Source: a virus (Duplodnaviria > Caudoviricetes). Taken from it: a stretch of DNA of 59,474 bases. The notes beneath the pieces are model-generated. The model was not told where the DNA came from and did no database searches. It saw only the letters and a list, made by a program, of their open reading frames with translations. A program made the position numbers and the translations under genes. Location of the stretch: positions 1-59,474 of IMG/VR virus record IMGVR_UViG_3300044940_000380. One strand, 5' to 3'. Of the stretch, positions 38,329-48,493 are shown piece after piece; the first letter of the stretch is position 1, and every line of letters starts with the position of its first letter.

Positions 38329-38331
38329 CAA

Positions 38332-39003
38332 TTGATAATAGTTTTTAATGGACCTCCTTTTTCGGGTAAAGATGAAGCATGCACATATTTTAAAAAATTA
38401 GGATATGTGCATCTTTCTTTTAAAGAAGAACTTTTTAAAGAAACAATTGGCTTTTTTCAAGTATCAAAAAAATGGTTTATGGAAGGATATAATGATCGAA
38501 AAATAAAAGACTTACCTGTCGATCAATTACAAATAAATGGTATAAAATTAAGTAGACGTAATGCTATGATTTATGTTTCTGAAAATTTGATAAAACCAAA
38601 ATTTGGTAAAGAATATTTTGGTTTGAAATTGTCAGAACAAATTCAAAATAATTTGAATTATTGTATTAGTGATGGAGGTTTTGAAGAAGAACTCACGCCT
38701 ATTATAAATAAAATTGGAGTTGATAATATAATAATAGTTCAACTCGCACGCGATGGGTGTGATTTTTCTTCTGATTCAAGAAAATATTTAAATGGTAATA
38801 TAATAAAAGAATATATAATTAGAAAAGAAACAAAAATTTCTAATATTCACATTCTTCCAAAAAAATTGGATATTCGCACCTATCGTGTTCATAACAATGG
38901 AACTATCGAAGAGTTCCAAAAAGTTCTTCAATCAATACACGAAAAGGAAAGTGATGTCCAAAACAAAAAAACAAAAAGAGAAATCCGCGCGGATTTTTTT
39001 TGA
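38332..39003 (+). CDS. Deoxynucleoside monophosphate kinase (gp1-like)
   Basis: FNGPPFSGKD, ISDGGF.EE, DSR, NNGT. Confidence 0.75.
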   Translation: MIIVFNGPPFSGKDEACTYFKKLGYVHLSFKEELFKETIGFFQVSKKWFMEGYNDRKIKDLPVDQLQINGIKLSRRNAMIYVSENLIKPKFGKEYFGLKLSEQIQNNLNYCISDGGFEEELTPIINKIGVDNIIIVQLARDGCDFSSDSRKYLNGNIIKEYIIRKETKISNIHILPKKLDIRTYRVHNNGTIEEFQKVLQSIHEKESDVQNKKTKREIRADFF

Positions 39004-39172
39004 AAACCCCTATGATTTAGAAACTTTTTTTGAATCTTTAAATATTTCTAGTGAAAATGAAAAAGAATTGTTGTTTGTTGATAGATTCATAGCTTCTTTA
39101 AGACTAAATCCTACGGGTGATATTACTACAATAAGTTATAACATACTAAAAGATCTTAAAATCATTAAATAA
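38954..39172 (+). CDS. Hypothetical protein
   Basis: AAGGA RBS before ATG 38954. Confidence 0.55.
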   Translation: MSKTKKQKEKSARIFFENPYDLETFFESLNISSENEKELLFVDRFIASLRLNPTGDITTISYNILKDLKIIK

Positions 39173-39187
39173 AGGAGTGAATATAAG

Positions 39188-39445
39188 ATGTCAAAAAAGA
39201 ATAGTGGTGGAAAAACACACACCTCAAAAGGAGAACGCAAATCTTCTATGAGAACTCGTTCTTCAGATCCAGCTCAAAAAATGCTTAATTTGCAAAAGGC
39301 TTGGGCAAAAGGTCAAAATCCTTGGATCACGATTGAAAATCCAAATAAAAATGAAACAAATAAGCGTTTCATTCGTGTTCGAATGAATGACACAAATCTC
39401 GGTAATCCAAAAGAACGTTACAAAAAAATGTTTATAATGAATTAA
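39188..39445 (+). CDS. Conserved basic hypothetical protein
   Basis: SKGER..AW.KG..TIENPN..TN.RFI.V; AAGGAG RBS. Confidence 0.7.
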   Translation: MSKKNSGGKTHTSKGERKSSMRTRSSDPAQKMLNLQKAWAKGQNPWITIENPNKNETNKRFIRVRMNDTNLGNPKERYKKMFIMN

Positions 39446-39446
39446 C

Positions 39447-39710
39447 ATGAATATGCAGATCTTTAGTAAAGAATATATGATTCCTTATCTAAAAGAAGGA
39501 ATATGTACTGTAACATTTGAGAAAAAAGACGGTACAATTCGTAAAATGAAATGTACTCTTAATAAAGAATTTATTCCGTCATTGGAAATTCATGAAGAAG
39601 CACAAAGGAAAAAAAGAATTGAAAATTCAAATGTGCTTTCAATTTACGACGTCGAAAATAATGAATGGCGATCTTTTAGATTGAATTCTGTTATTGAATT
39701 TAAAGGATAA
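39447..39710 (+). CDS. WYL_2/SH3-like (DUF2693-type) protein
   Basis: VTFEKKDGTIRKM.CTL..YDVE..WRSFR. Confidence 0.75.
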   Translation: MNMQIFSKEYMIPYLKEGICTVTFEKKDGTIRKMKCTLNKEFIPSLEIHEEAQRKKRIENSNVLSIYDVENNEWRSFRLNSVIEFKG

Positions 39711-39713
39711 TTC

Positions 39714-40694
39714 ATGAGCTGTGTTTATAAAGGTTTTGTGATAGATACAGATCTATCAAGGAATGCTAAAGGTGGAACCGAAATGATGCGGCAACGTTTA
39801 ATTAATAACGTGAGCCCTAATTTGTTAAATCAATTTGCCATACATATTTCAAGACCTAGAAAATTGTATGAAGATGTTCCAAATATTCTTTGGTGTCATG
39901 ATTTAGCAGAAGATAAAGAAAACGATATATTATTCAACGGTGGTTGGAAAAAATTTGAACATTTTGTGTTTGTTTCTTATTGGCAAAGAGATCAATATAT
40001 TGAAAGATTTAAAATTCCTTATTCAAAATGTTCAGTTATTCAAAATGCTATAGAAACCGAATACGATCCAAAATCTTTAAGTCTTGAAAAAGCTCACAGT
40101 CCAATTCGTTTCATATATCATACAACTCCTCATAGAGGTCTTGCACTCGTCTATCCAATTTTTGATGCACTTTCAAAAGAATTTGACGATATTCATCTTG
40201 ATGTGTATTCTTCGTTTAAAATTTATGGATGGGAAAATAGAGATAAACCATATGAGCAGTTATTTAATAAAATAAAACAACATCCAAAAATGACCTATCA
40301 TGGCACTCAGAGTAATGATACTGTAATTGCTGCACTTAAAAAATCACATATTTTTCTTTTTCCATCAATATGGAAAGAAACTTCATGTATTTCAATGATT
40401 GAAGCAATTAGATGCGGTTGTATAGTTATACATCCAAGTTATGGTGCTCTTACTGAAACATCTTCTGGTGCTACTTTGATGTATGAGTTTACTGAAAATT
40501 TAGAAGATCATGCAAACAGAAGTTATAATGTAGCAAGAAATTTACTTCTTTCACATAGAAAAAATCCAGATATTTTTGAACATATTAGAGATCATGTAAG
40601 ATCTCAATTGCCATATCATAGTATTAGTGTATTTACAAATTCTTGGAATGATTTACTTCAAAAATTATTGACAAATCTGAATAAAAAAATATAA
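39714..40694 (+). CDS. GT-B glycosyltransferase
   Basis: GGTE, FVS.WQ, TPHRGL, ETSCISMIEA..G..GALTET. Confidence 0.85.
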   Translation: MSCVYKGFVIDTDLSRNAKGGTEMMRQRLINNVSPNLLNQFAIHISRPRKLYEDVPNILWCHDLAEDKENDILFNGGWKKFEHFVFVSYWQRDQYIERFKIPYSKCSVIQNAIETEYDPKSLSLEKAHSPIRFIYHTTPHRGLALVYPIFDALSKEFDDIHLDVYSSFKIYGWENRDKPYEQLFNKIKQHPKMTYHGTQSNDTVIAALKKSHIFLFPSIWKETSCISMIEAIRCGCIVIHPSYGALTETSSGATLMYEFTENLEDHANRSYNVARNLLLSHRKNPDIFEHIRDHVRSQLPYHSISVFTNSWNDLLQKLLTNLNKKI

Positions 40695-40778
40695 TAAAAT
40701 GAAAGAAGAAACAATCATCTAAAATGTAGATAAATATCATAAAGTAAATTCAAGTTAAGCGCGTTGCGCGGGAGGTGT

Positions 40779-41642
40779 GTGATTATACTCGTTGATTATA
40801 ACCAAGTAATTTTGGCTTCTTTGTTTTCTAGTATTGGAAATCATTATAATGTTGAAATTGAAGAAAACCTTATTCGTCACATGTTTCTTAACTCTTTACG
40901 TGTAAATCGTAAAAAGTTCTTTAATGATTTCGGTGAAATAGTTATTTGTACAGACGGAAAGAACTCTTGGAGGCGTGAAGTATTTCCTTACTATAAAGCA
41001 GGACGTCGAAAGTCAAGAGAAGAATCTGAACTCGACTGGAATGAATTATTTAGAATTATAAACGTAATTCGAAATGAATTAATTGAATATTTTCCATATA
41101 AAGTCATATATATTGATCATTGCGAAGCAGATGATATTATTGGTACGATAATTGAAAAATATGGAACAAAGTTAAATACGAGCAATTCAGAACAATTTCT
41201 TATCTTATCTGGTGATAAAGATTACATTCAACTTCATAAATATGCTAATGTTAAGCAATATGATCCAGTAAGGAAAAAATGGATTGAAAATTCTAATCCC
41301 GATAAATATCTTATGGAACATATACTTAGAGGTGATACAGGTGATGGTATACCAAATGTTCTTTCTTCAGATAACTCGATTGTTATAGGAGAACGTCAAA
41401 AAGCTATGACATCGAAAAGAATGGCTGAACTTATGAAAGGTCCAGAATATATGGATGAATTAACTCTATTGCGGTTTCATCGAAATAAGATGATGATTGA
41501 TCTTTCAGAAGTTCCACAAAAATATAAAGATCAAATTCTTGAAGAATATAATAAAGACAAAAAAGTTGGTCGATCTCAACTTTTTAACTTTTTTGTCGAA
41601 AAACGTCTTAAAAATTTAATTGCAGATATAGGTGACTTTTAA
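40779..41642 (+). CDS. rnh: T4-type RNase H / 5'-3' exonuclease
   Basis: ILVDYNQ, WRR..FPYYKA.R, EADDIIG, SGDKDYIQL, GDTGDGIPN. Confidence 0.92.
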   Translation: MIILVDYNQVILASLFSSIGNHYNVEIEENLIRHMFLNSLRVNRKKFFNDFGEIVICTDGKNSWRREVFPYYKAGRRKSREESELDWNELFRIINVIRNELIEYFPYKVIYIDHCEADDIIGTIIEKYGTKLNTSNSEQFLILSGDKDYIQLHKYANVKQYDPVRKKWIENSNPDKYLMEHILRGDTGDGIPNVLSSDNSIVIGERQKAMTSKRMAELMKGPEYMDELTLLRFHRNKMMIDLSEVPQKYKDQILEEYNKDKKVGRSQLFNFFVEKRLKNLIADIGDF

Positions 41643-42085
41643 TGCTATTATCAATATCAGAAATTGTTAAAAAAGCTACAGAACTTAAAACTGATGAAGA
41701 GAAAATATCTTGGTTAAAAGCTCATGACAATCCAGCTCTTCGAACTGTTTTAAAATATACATATGATAAGGAAAACATCAAATTCTTGATTCCAAAAACA
41801 CCTCCTACATGGAAGAAAAATAACTATTTTGATGTAGAAGGAAAGCTTTATAAAGAAGCACGACGTCTTCGAATCTTTATACAGGGTGGTGGTTATGATA
41901 ATTTAGATAGAGAGAAAAGAGAAAATCTATTTATCGATCTTTTAGAAAATATTGATAATGGAGATGCAGAACTTTTATGCAAAATGATAGCACAAGAACC
42001 TATTGAAGGTCTTTCAAAATCAGTTGTTGTTGCAGCATTTCCTGAAGAGTTTCCGCAAAATCAAGTTGACAAATCAAATCAATAA
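41642..42085 (+). CDS. Conserved T4-like hypothetical protein
   Basis: ISEI..K..K...L, LYKE.RRL..F, RE.LFI.LLE pattern. Confidence 0.7.
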   Translation: MLLSISEIVKKATELKTDEEKISWLKAHDNPALRTVLKYTYDKENIKFLIPKTPPTWKKNNYFDVEGKLYKEARRLRIFIQGGGYDNLDREKRENLFIDLLENIDNGDAELLCKMIAQEPIEGLSKSVVVAAFPEEFPQNQVDKSNQ

Positions 42086-42118
42086 TGATAATGTAAAAAT
42101 ACAAGTAATAAGTAAAGG

Positions 42119-42283
42119 ATGAAAAATCTTATGAAAAAGTCTTTCAAGAAATTTCGTGATGAAGATTGGAATCAAGATGAAGATTATCGTCGCAAAGATA
42201 AAAAAATGCGCGATCGGCGTCAAAAACGCAAAATGAAAATTGATTATCGTTTTTCACAATTTAAAAATAATAAAGAAGAGTAA
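42119..42283 (+). CDS. Small basic protein absent from ORF track
   Basis: TTGACA at 42066, AAGGA; MKKSFKKFRDEDW..RDRRQKRK. Confidence 0.55.
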   Translation: MKNLMKKSFKKFRDEDWNQDEDYRRKDKKMRDRRQKRKMKIDYRFSQFKNNKEE

Positions 42284-42360
42284 ATATTGAATGATACTTT
42301 ATTATTATCATAATAAACACTGTTTTATTTTATTTTCAAAAAGTTTGAGGTATTTCATTA

Positions 42361-42954
42361 ATGCAACCTTATGATAATGTTATTGTTGTAGATGCCGATG
42401 GTGTTCTGCTTTATTATGAACATGCATTTCACATGTGGATGGTATCAAAAGGTTATACTGTAACCGAAACGGGATTTTATAATATACACGAAAAATATTC
42501 TATTTCTAAAGAAGAAAGTAAACAACTTGTTGAAACTTTCAATCATAGTGCAGCTTTAAGTCGTCTTCCTCCGGTAAGAGATGCAATTAAATATGTTCGT
42601 AAATTGCATGAAGAATACGGTTATGTTTTTCATTGCATTACTGCTATTCCAAATACTGTAGATACTTATAATGCTAGAATGAAAAATATTGAAAATCTTT
42701 TTGGAAAAACTGCATTTGAAAGATTAACACTCTGTGATCATTCAGAAAACAAAAAAGAATTGCTTAAAGAATATAAAGATACAGGCTGTTATTGGATCGA
42801 AGATCTTCACGAAAATCTTAAATACGGTGTTGATCTTGGTATGAAAGGAATTTTAATGGATCATCACTATAATAGATTTGAAAGAAATGATTTCGAATAT
42901 AAAAGAGTTTACAATTGGAAAGAAATTTACAAAGAAATAGTGGGTATAGACTAA
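42361..42954 (+). CDS. HAD-family phosphatase/nucleotidase (T4 gp30.2-like)
   Basis: DADGVLL, ITA, WIED, HHYN, V.NW. Confidence 0.8.
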   Translation: MQPYDNVIVVDADGVLLYYEHAFHMWMVSKGYTVTETGFYNIHEKYSISKEESKQLVETFNHSAALSRLPPVRDAIKYVRKLHEEYGYVFHCITAIPNTVDTYNARMKNIENLFGKTAFERLTLCDHSENKKELLKEYKDTGCYWIEDLHENLKYGVDLGMKGILMDHHYNRFERNDFEYKRVYNWKEIYKEIVGID

Positions 42955-43003
42955 AAATGATAAATATATTTGTAGATCAGAAACATTCCATAATTTTGGA
43001 ATC

Positions 43004-43030
43004 AAGTGATCTACATAGATCACTTTTTTA
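43004..43030 (+). terminator. Intrinsic terminator
   Basis: AAGTGATCT-acat-AGATCACTT followed by T run. Confidence 0.65.
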
Positions 43031-43054
43031 TTTTTTAGGAGATTGATTGACTGA

Positions 43055-43291
43055 ATGCCTATCTATTCGATGCGAAATAAAGAAACTCAAGAAGAGTTTG
43101 AAATTAACATAAAATATTCTGAATTAGAAGAATATTTAAAATCAAATCCTCATATTGAACAAATTTTTACAAAATTTCCTGCAACAGGTGATCCTGTACG
43201 TCTTGGTTTAAGAAAACCGGACGAAGGTTTTCGTGATGTTCTTAGAAATATCAAACACCGCAGCAAAGGGAGCAATATAAACACATTTTAA
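43055..43291 (+). CDS. FmdB-like small protein
   Basis: MPIY.....T.EEFE..NP...Q, GF.DVL..IK; usual neighbour of phage phoH. Confidence 0.65.
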   Translation: MPIYSMRNKETQEEFEINIKYSELEEYLKSNPHIEQIFTKFPATGDPVRLGLRKPDEGFRDVLRNIKHRSKGSNINTF

Positions 43292-43325
43292 TTGCTCTCT
43301 TTTTTTAATAAAAACAGGAGCTTTC

Positions 43326-44078
43326 ATGTCAACAAAAAAACGTCTTACTAAAGCAAAAAGAAACCAAATAGAAAGAGAAACAGATTACCTGTTAAATACA
43401 AAATTCAGAATGAAACGAATTGAACCAATTACAAAAAACCAAGAAAGATTATTTAATTCTTATAAAGAAGGTAAAAATATATTAGCAATAGGATCTGCAG
43501 GTACTGGAAAAACTTATATTTCTCTCTATTTGGCGATTAAAGACGTTATGGATAAAAATCAATATAAGGACGTTATAATAATTAGATCATCAGTTCAATC
43601 TCGCGAACAAGGATATATGCCAGGCAGCGCAGCCGAAAAAATGTCATATTTTGAAACTCCATATATTGATATAATAAATGATTTGTTTGAAAGAAATGAT
43701 GCATATCAAATTATGAAACAAAAAAAGATGATTCGTTTCATGAGTACATCTTTCATTCGCGGTCTTACATTTGATAATTCGATCATTATAGTTGATGAAT
43801 GTCAAAATATGAGATGGGATGAATTAAGAACCATTATAACGAGAGTAGGAGAAGAATCTAGAATCATTTTCTGTGGTGATACAAAACAAGATGATTTAGC
43901 TTGTTCAAAAAACAGACTTGATGTTTCAGGTTTAAGATATTTCAAAAAGGTTATTGATCGCATGAATAGTGATTGTTTTGCAACAATTGAATTTACTATA
44001 GAAGATATTGTAAGATCTAATTTAATTAAAGAATTCATAATAGCAGAAGAAAAGTTAGAATTGGAATTATCTTACTGA
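43326..44078 (+). CDS. phoH: PhoH-family ATPase
   Basis: GSAGTGKT, GYMPG, FIRGLTF, IVDECQN, TRVG, GD..Q.DL, DIVRS. Confidence 0.93.
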   Translation: MSTKKRLTKAKRNQIERETDYLLNTKFRMKRIEPITKNQERLFNSYKEGKNILAIGSAGTGKTYISLYLAIKDVMDKNQYKDVIIIRSSVQSREQGYMPGSAAEKMSYFETPYIDIINDLFERNDAYQIMKQKKMIRFMSTSFIRGLTFDNSIIIVDECQNMRWDELRTIITRVGEESRIIFCGDTKQDDLACSKNRLDVSGLRYFKKVIDRMNSDCFATIEFTIEDIVRSNLIKEFIIAEEKLELELSY

Positions 44079-44365
44079 TGCCTTTAATAGCAGTAGAAGG
44101 AGATGAAAACACTCATGGCGCCGGCGCTCTTATAGCAGCCGGCGGCTCTTCTCCGCAGAAAGTTTTTATTTCAAATAAACCAATAATAGTTCATCCAAGT
44201 CCTGCTGAACCGGATAATTTTTTACATCCTCCACCACCGACTGATACGGCTGAAGGTTCTACTAAAGTAAGTGCTTATGGATTACCTATTCATCGAGATG
44301 GAGATCTAAGAGAATGTGGAGCCGCTACTGTAGTTACAGGTCAATCAAAAGTATTTGCAGGATAA
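44078..44365 (+). CDS. PAAR-like spike tip protein (gp5.4-like)
   Basis: GD..THG, H, GS.KV..G.PIHR.GD...CG..V..G..KVF. Confidence 0.8.
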   Translation: MPLIAVEGDENTHGAGALIAAGGSSPQKVFISNKPIIVHPSPAEPDNFLHPPPPTDTAEGSTKVSAYGLPIHRDGDLRECGAATVVTGQSKVFAG

Positions 44366-44515
44366 AACTTTAAAATATCTGATAAAAACAATTCTATCAG
44401 CACTTTAAAATGTGAATTGACAGTCTTACCTGTCATATTATAAAGTATTGACTTTTTTTAATATTTTATTATAATAATATACATACAAATCAAATGCATA
44501 TAATAGAGGAATAAT

Positions 44516-45172
44516 ATGTTTGAACACATAACTGGAATTGAACTTCCAGATTTAAAAGTTGAAATGACAGATTTGGGTCGTTTTTACATTACACCAGAAG
44601 GAAAAAAATATCCTTCTGTAACAACTGTATTATCTGCGGCTTCAGATAATTCTTGGAAAGAAGAATGGATTGCAAGAGTAGGAAAAGAAAAAGCTGAAAG
44701 AATTTCTCGTAAAGCTACTTCACGTGGTACTGCTGTTCATGAAATTATAGAACAATATTTGAAAAATAATAAGAATTATGCACAAGGACATATGCCTTCA
44801 AATATTGCAAATTTTAAATATATCAAACATTTTCTTGATACACATATAGGAAAAATAGCAGGTTTAGAGCTTCCTCTGTATTCTGATGTTTTGCGTATTG
44901 CGGGCCGTGTTGATTGTATAGCTGAATGGGATAAAACTTTAGCAATAGTAGATTTTAAAACAAGCAGAAAAGAAAAATCTAGAGATGATATTCATAGCTA
45001 TTTTTTACAATGTAGTGCTTATTCCTATATGTTTTATGAAAGAACAAGTCTTTTAGCAAAAAAACTTGTTGTAGTCATGTCAGTTGATGAAGGTGATTCA
45101 ATTGTATTTACTGAAAAGGTAAGTGATTGGCTACCAAAATTTGTAGAATTAAGAAAAAAAGTGCTTTTTTAA
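44516..45172 (+). CDS. PD-(D/E)XK exonuclease (Cas4-like)
   Basis: YPSVTTVL, RGTAVH, AGRVD, IVDFKTS, YFLQ..AY. Confidence 0.88.
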   Translation: MFEHITGIELPDLKVEMTDLGRFYITPEGKKYPSVTTVLSAASDNSWKEEWIARVGKEKAERISRKATSRGTAVHEIIEQYLKNNKNYAQGHMPSNIANFKYIKHFLDTHIGKIAGLELPLYSDVLRIAGRVDCIAEWDKTLAIVDFKTSRKEKSRDDIHSYFLQCSAYSYMFYERTSLLAKKLVVVMSVDEGDSIVFTEKVSDWLPKFVELRKKVLF

Positions 45173-45392
45173 AAATTTTAATGATTTTTGAAATATCATC
45201 TTTATACTTTATTTATGAAAAATATTCAAAAAATTAGTAGTTGACATTTATTTTTAAATAATATATATACTCATTATTATCAAATATGTGCAAAAATGAG
45301 TTTTAAATGATGGTACAATACAAATTATTTTAGTTTTAACTATTATTCAATTCAAAATTTCTTTTCATAGATTTTTGAAATGAAATAAATCA

Positions 45393-45704
45393 ATGACAAA
45401 AGCACGTTTTGATATCACTGCCATTATTTATGATAAACGCGGTCGAGTTCTTTCTATTGGAAAAAATAGTTACATCAAAACTCATCCTGAAATGAAAAAA
45501 CATGCAGAAAGGGTCGGTCTTCCTCAAAAAATTTTCTTGCATGCTGAAGTTCATGCTATTGTAAGATGTAAAAATTTGCAAAAAGCTCATAAAATTTCTA
45601 TTATGCGTTTTGATAGTAAAGGTAATCCTAAAATTGCAAAACCGTGTCCTGTATGTGAAAGTGCTATTAAAGCGGCTGGTATAAAGATTGTAGAGCACAC
45701 TTAA
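45393..45704 (+). CDS. Zn-dependent cytidine deaminase-fold protein
   Basis: HAE and PCPVC motifs. Confidence 0.8.
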   Translation: MTKARFDITAIIYDKRGRVLSIGKNSYIKTHPEMKKHAERVGLPQKIFLHAEVHAIVRCKNLQKAHKISIMRFDSKGNPKIAKPCPVCESAIKAAGIKIVEHT

Positions 45705-45732
45705 AGTCATATCATTTATTTTATTAATAAAA

Positions 45733-46302
45733 ATGAATATTTTCATTTTGTCTGAAAATCCTGTTGAAGCAGCAAGTATGCTTTGTGATAAGCATGCAGG
45801 CGGTAAAATGGTAGTTGAAAGTGCTCAAATGCTTTCAACTGCACATCGAATGTTAGATGGTATGCTTACACGTGGACCTTCTAAATCTGGTAAAACTATT
45901 TCTAAAAAATGGATACATCCAGATGAAGAAATGGATCGTGTTCTTTACAAAGCTGTGCATATGTCACATCCATGTACAATATGGACAATGACTTCAAGTT
46001 CAAATTATGAATGGCATTATGAATACTATATTGCTCTTTGCAAAGAGTATACATATCGTTATGGTAAGATTCATAGCACTGATAAACTTTTAACTGAATA
46101 TCTTAAACATATTCCAAAAAATATTAAACACGGTCCTCGCACACAATTTCCTCTTGCTATGAAATCAAATCCAGAGTGTATGTTTCCAGATGATCCAGTT
46201 AAATCGTATCGTATGTTCTATCAGACTAAACAAAATCGCTTTAAGATGGTATGGACTAAAAGATCGGTACCAGAATGGTTTAAACAAAGGGAACCATTTT
46301 AA
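45733..46302 (+). CDS. DenV-related pyrimidine-dimer glycosylase family protein
   Basis: MNIF.L..CDKH..KM.VESAQMLSTAH, HPCT.W, EYTYRYGK.H. Confidence 0.7.
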   Translation: MNIFILSENPVEAASMLCDKHAGGKMVVESAQMLSTAHRMLDGMLTRGPSKSGKTISKKWIHPDEEMDRVLYKAVHMSHPCTIWTMTSSSNYEWHYEYYIALCKEYTYRYGKIHSTDKLLTEYLKHIPKNIKHGPRTQFPLAMKSNPECMFPDDPVKSYRMFYQTKQNRFKMVWTKRSVPEWFKQREPF

Positions 46303-46640
46303 TGGTTTCATATAAAAGAACATCTAAAAACATATCAAAAAATATAAGAAAAACAACAACTCAATTATCTAATGGTTCATATTTAAATACGACTTCAATT
46401 AAAACTGGAACCGGTAGAGTTTCATATACACAAAAATCAAATGGTCAATCTTACACAACGGTAACTACAAAATTTGGTAATGGTTTTGTTGAACGCCGCA
46501 GAATTTCAAGTAATAATTCTAAAAAATCAAAAAATATTTCAAAAGAAAATCCACTTATTGGCTATCTGATGTTGATTATTCTTCTATTTTTTGTATATTT
46601 TGTTTCTCTTTTCATAAATATAATCAAAAGTTTAATATAA
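46302..46640 (+). CDS. Basic protein with C-terminal TM helix
   Basis: Hydrophobic C-terminus. Confidence 0.6.
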   Translation: MVSYKRTSKNISKNIRKTTTQLSNGSYLNTTSIKTGTGRVSYTQKSNGQSYTTVTTKFGNGFVERRRISSNNSKKSKNISKENPLIGYLMLIILLFFVYFVSLFINIIKSLI

Positions 46641-46675
46641 AAAGCTCAAATATCAATCAATACGGAGACGCAAAT

Positions 46676-46978
46676 ATGAGCCGTTATATTATAATAGAAA
46701 AAGATTTGGGAGTATTTGCTGGAGTTTTTGATAAATATCCTGTATTTGCAAAAAATGATATTTTTGGATTCAACAGAATAACAAGTTTTTCTTCTCGTGA
46801 AAATGCAGAAGAATGGATTCATAATTATCTTAATAAAGATAAGAATGAATTTGATATAGTTGAAATTGAAACACCATATGATTTCGTTACAATTATAGAT
46901 GTAATTCGTAGTGGTTATGGTCAATATACACATTATATGATGGACAATATTCCTATGATTTCAGATAAAATACATTAG
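46676..46978 (+). CDS. Hypothetical protein
   Basis: GGAG RBS. Confidence 0.7.
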   Translation: MSRYIIIEKDLGVFAGVFDKYPVFAKNDIFGFNRITSFSSRENAEEWIHNYLNKDKNEFDIVEIETPYDFVTIIDVIRSGYGQYTHYMMDNIPMISDKIH

Positions 46979-47096
46979 ATATAATTTTGTTGTTCTGATG
47001 TAAATGATATATTTTAAAATCAAAATATAGTTGACATTTGTAAAGAATCAGTTTATATTTTCAAATATAAGTAAATATTCATTTTGTAATCAATTA

Positions 47097-47169
47097 ACGA
47101 ATATATACAGTAATGGTAAAATAACGATCTTCAAAACAGTTCATGAAGATTTCATTCATTCCTCCGTCA
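47097..47169 (+). pseudogene. Heavily decayed tRNA-Trp-like remnant (loop CTTCAAA)
   Basis: TAATGGTAAAATAACGATCTTCAAAACAGTT..ATTCATTCCTCCGT follows the tRNA-Trp pattern; promoter at 47031. Confidence 0.45.
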
Positions 47170-47226
47170 TCAAAATATTAAAAATAACGTAAATTGTAAC
47201 ATATATAAAATGAAAGGAAACATACT

Positions 47227-48183
47227 ATGACACATATGATTGAAATGATAGATGGGCGCGCACAAATGGCATATCGTTCTTCTCAGGGAAAACCTTGGCA
47301 CAAACTTGGTGTTCCTGTTGATGATGATATGACACCCGAAGAGATGATGAATGCTGCTGGTCTTAACTGGACAGTAAAAAAAGTAGATACATTTATCGAT
47401 TTTAATGGAAAACAAATTAAAACTGGAATTCAAACACTTATTCGTGAAAGTGACGGCAAAATTCTTACACAAGTCGGTCCTGGTTGGAACCCCGTTCAAA
47501 ATAAAGAAGCATTTGAATTCTTTACAGATTTTGTAGAAAAAGGTGATATGATCATGGATACTGCGGGTTCATTAAAAGAAGGTCGTATTGTGTGGGTTTT
47601 AGCTGATATCCGTGATGGATTTACTCTTTTTGGCGGTGATGAGGTTAAAGGTTATCTGCTCTTTTCAAATCCTCATCTTTATGGTAAGTCAATAGATATC
47701 AAGTTTGTTTTGACACGCGTTGTTTGTTATAATACCATTTCAGTTGCTTTAAATGAAAAAGGTCAACCTTCTGTTCGTGTAAATCATCGTTCTAAGTTTG
47801 ATGCTGAACGCGTAAAAGAAGTTCTTGGTCTTTCTCATCGTAAAGTTGAAAAATTCAAGGAAGTAGCTGAATTTCTTGGATCGAAGCAAGCAAATGTAAT
47901 TGATATTCGAGATTATTTTGGTAAGGTATTTGGAAAATCTAATAAAGAAGATAAGGATATCAGTCGTACTGCAGAAATGGTTATGAATCTAATTGAAACA
48001 CAACCCGGTGCAGAATTTCAAAAAGGAAGTTGGTGGCAAGTCTATAACTCTGTGACTTATGCTACAGATCATATTCTTGGACGTTCTGATGATACTCGTA
48101 TGACTTCTGCGTGGTTTGGTACAAATGCAAAACGCAAAATTGATGCTCTAAATCTTGCAGTAAAATATGCTGAGGCTGCTTAA
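47227..48183 (+). CDS. DUF932/DUF945 family protein
   Basis: PWH.LG, AGLNW.V, VQN.EAF.F, TAGSL..GR, RVVC.NT, W..YN.VT. Confidence 0.85.
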   Translation: MTHMIEMIDGRAQMAYRSSQGKPWHKLGVPVDDDMTPEEMMNAAGLNWTVKKVDTFIDFNGKQIKTGIQTLIRESDGKILTQVGPGWNPVQNKEAFEFFTDFVEKGDMIMDTAGSLKEGRIVWVLADIRDGFTLFGGDEVKGYLLFSNPHLYGKSIDIKFVLTRVVCYNTISVALNEKGQPSVRVNHRSKFDAERVKEVLGLSHRKVEKFKEVAEFLGSKQANVIDIRDYFGKVFGKSNKEDKDISRTAEMVMNLIETQPGAEFQKGSWWQVYNSVTYATDHILGRSDDTRMTSAWFGTNAKRKIDALNLAVKYAEAA

Positions 48184-48401
48184 TGCAGCTTCAGCGCAAT
48201 ACTTATCAAGAAATGTTACCATCAACGTATGTTTCTAACTATAAAATTTTCATAGATTGAAGATGATTTCTATAATCATAACAGTTTCTAGAACTCAACC
48301 AGTTGATCGCTCATTGACGAAAAAGCATTTTATATATTGATATATATCAGAACAAATCGGTAAACTGGTGATCAACTGATCTACATAAATAATCTATATT
48401 C

Positions 48402-48430
48402 AAACCAACCAGTCAAAACTGGTTGGTTTT
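48402..48430 (+). terminator. Intrinsic terminator-like hairpin
   Basis: AAACCAACCAG-tcaaaa-CTGGTTGGTTT followed by TT. Confidence 0.65.
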
Positions 48431-48493
48431 TGTGTTTACATTTTTTGAAAAGTAGTTTATATATACTTTATAGATAGTAGAGGGAAGAATCAT

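Noticed and set aside
44516-45172. CRISPR-associated cas4
   Set aside because: No array or other cas genes; this is the common stand-alone phage exonuclease
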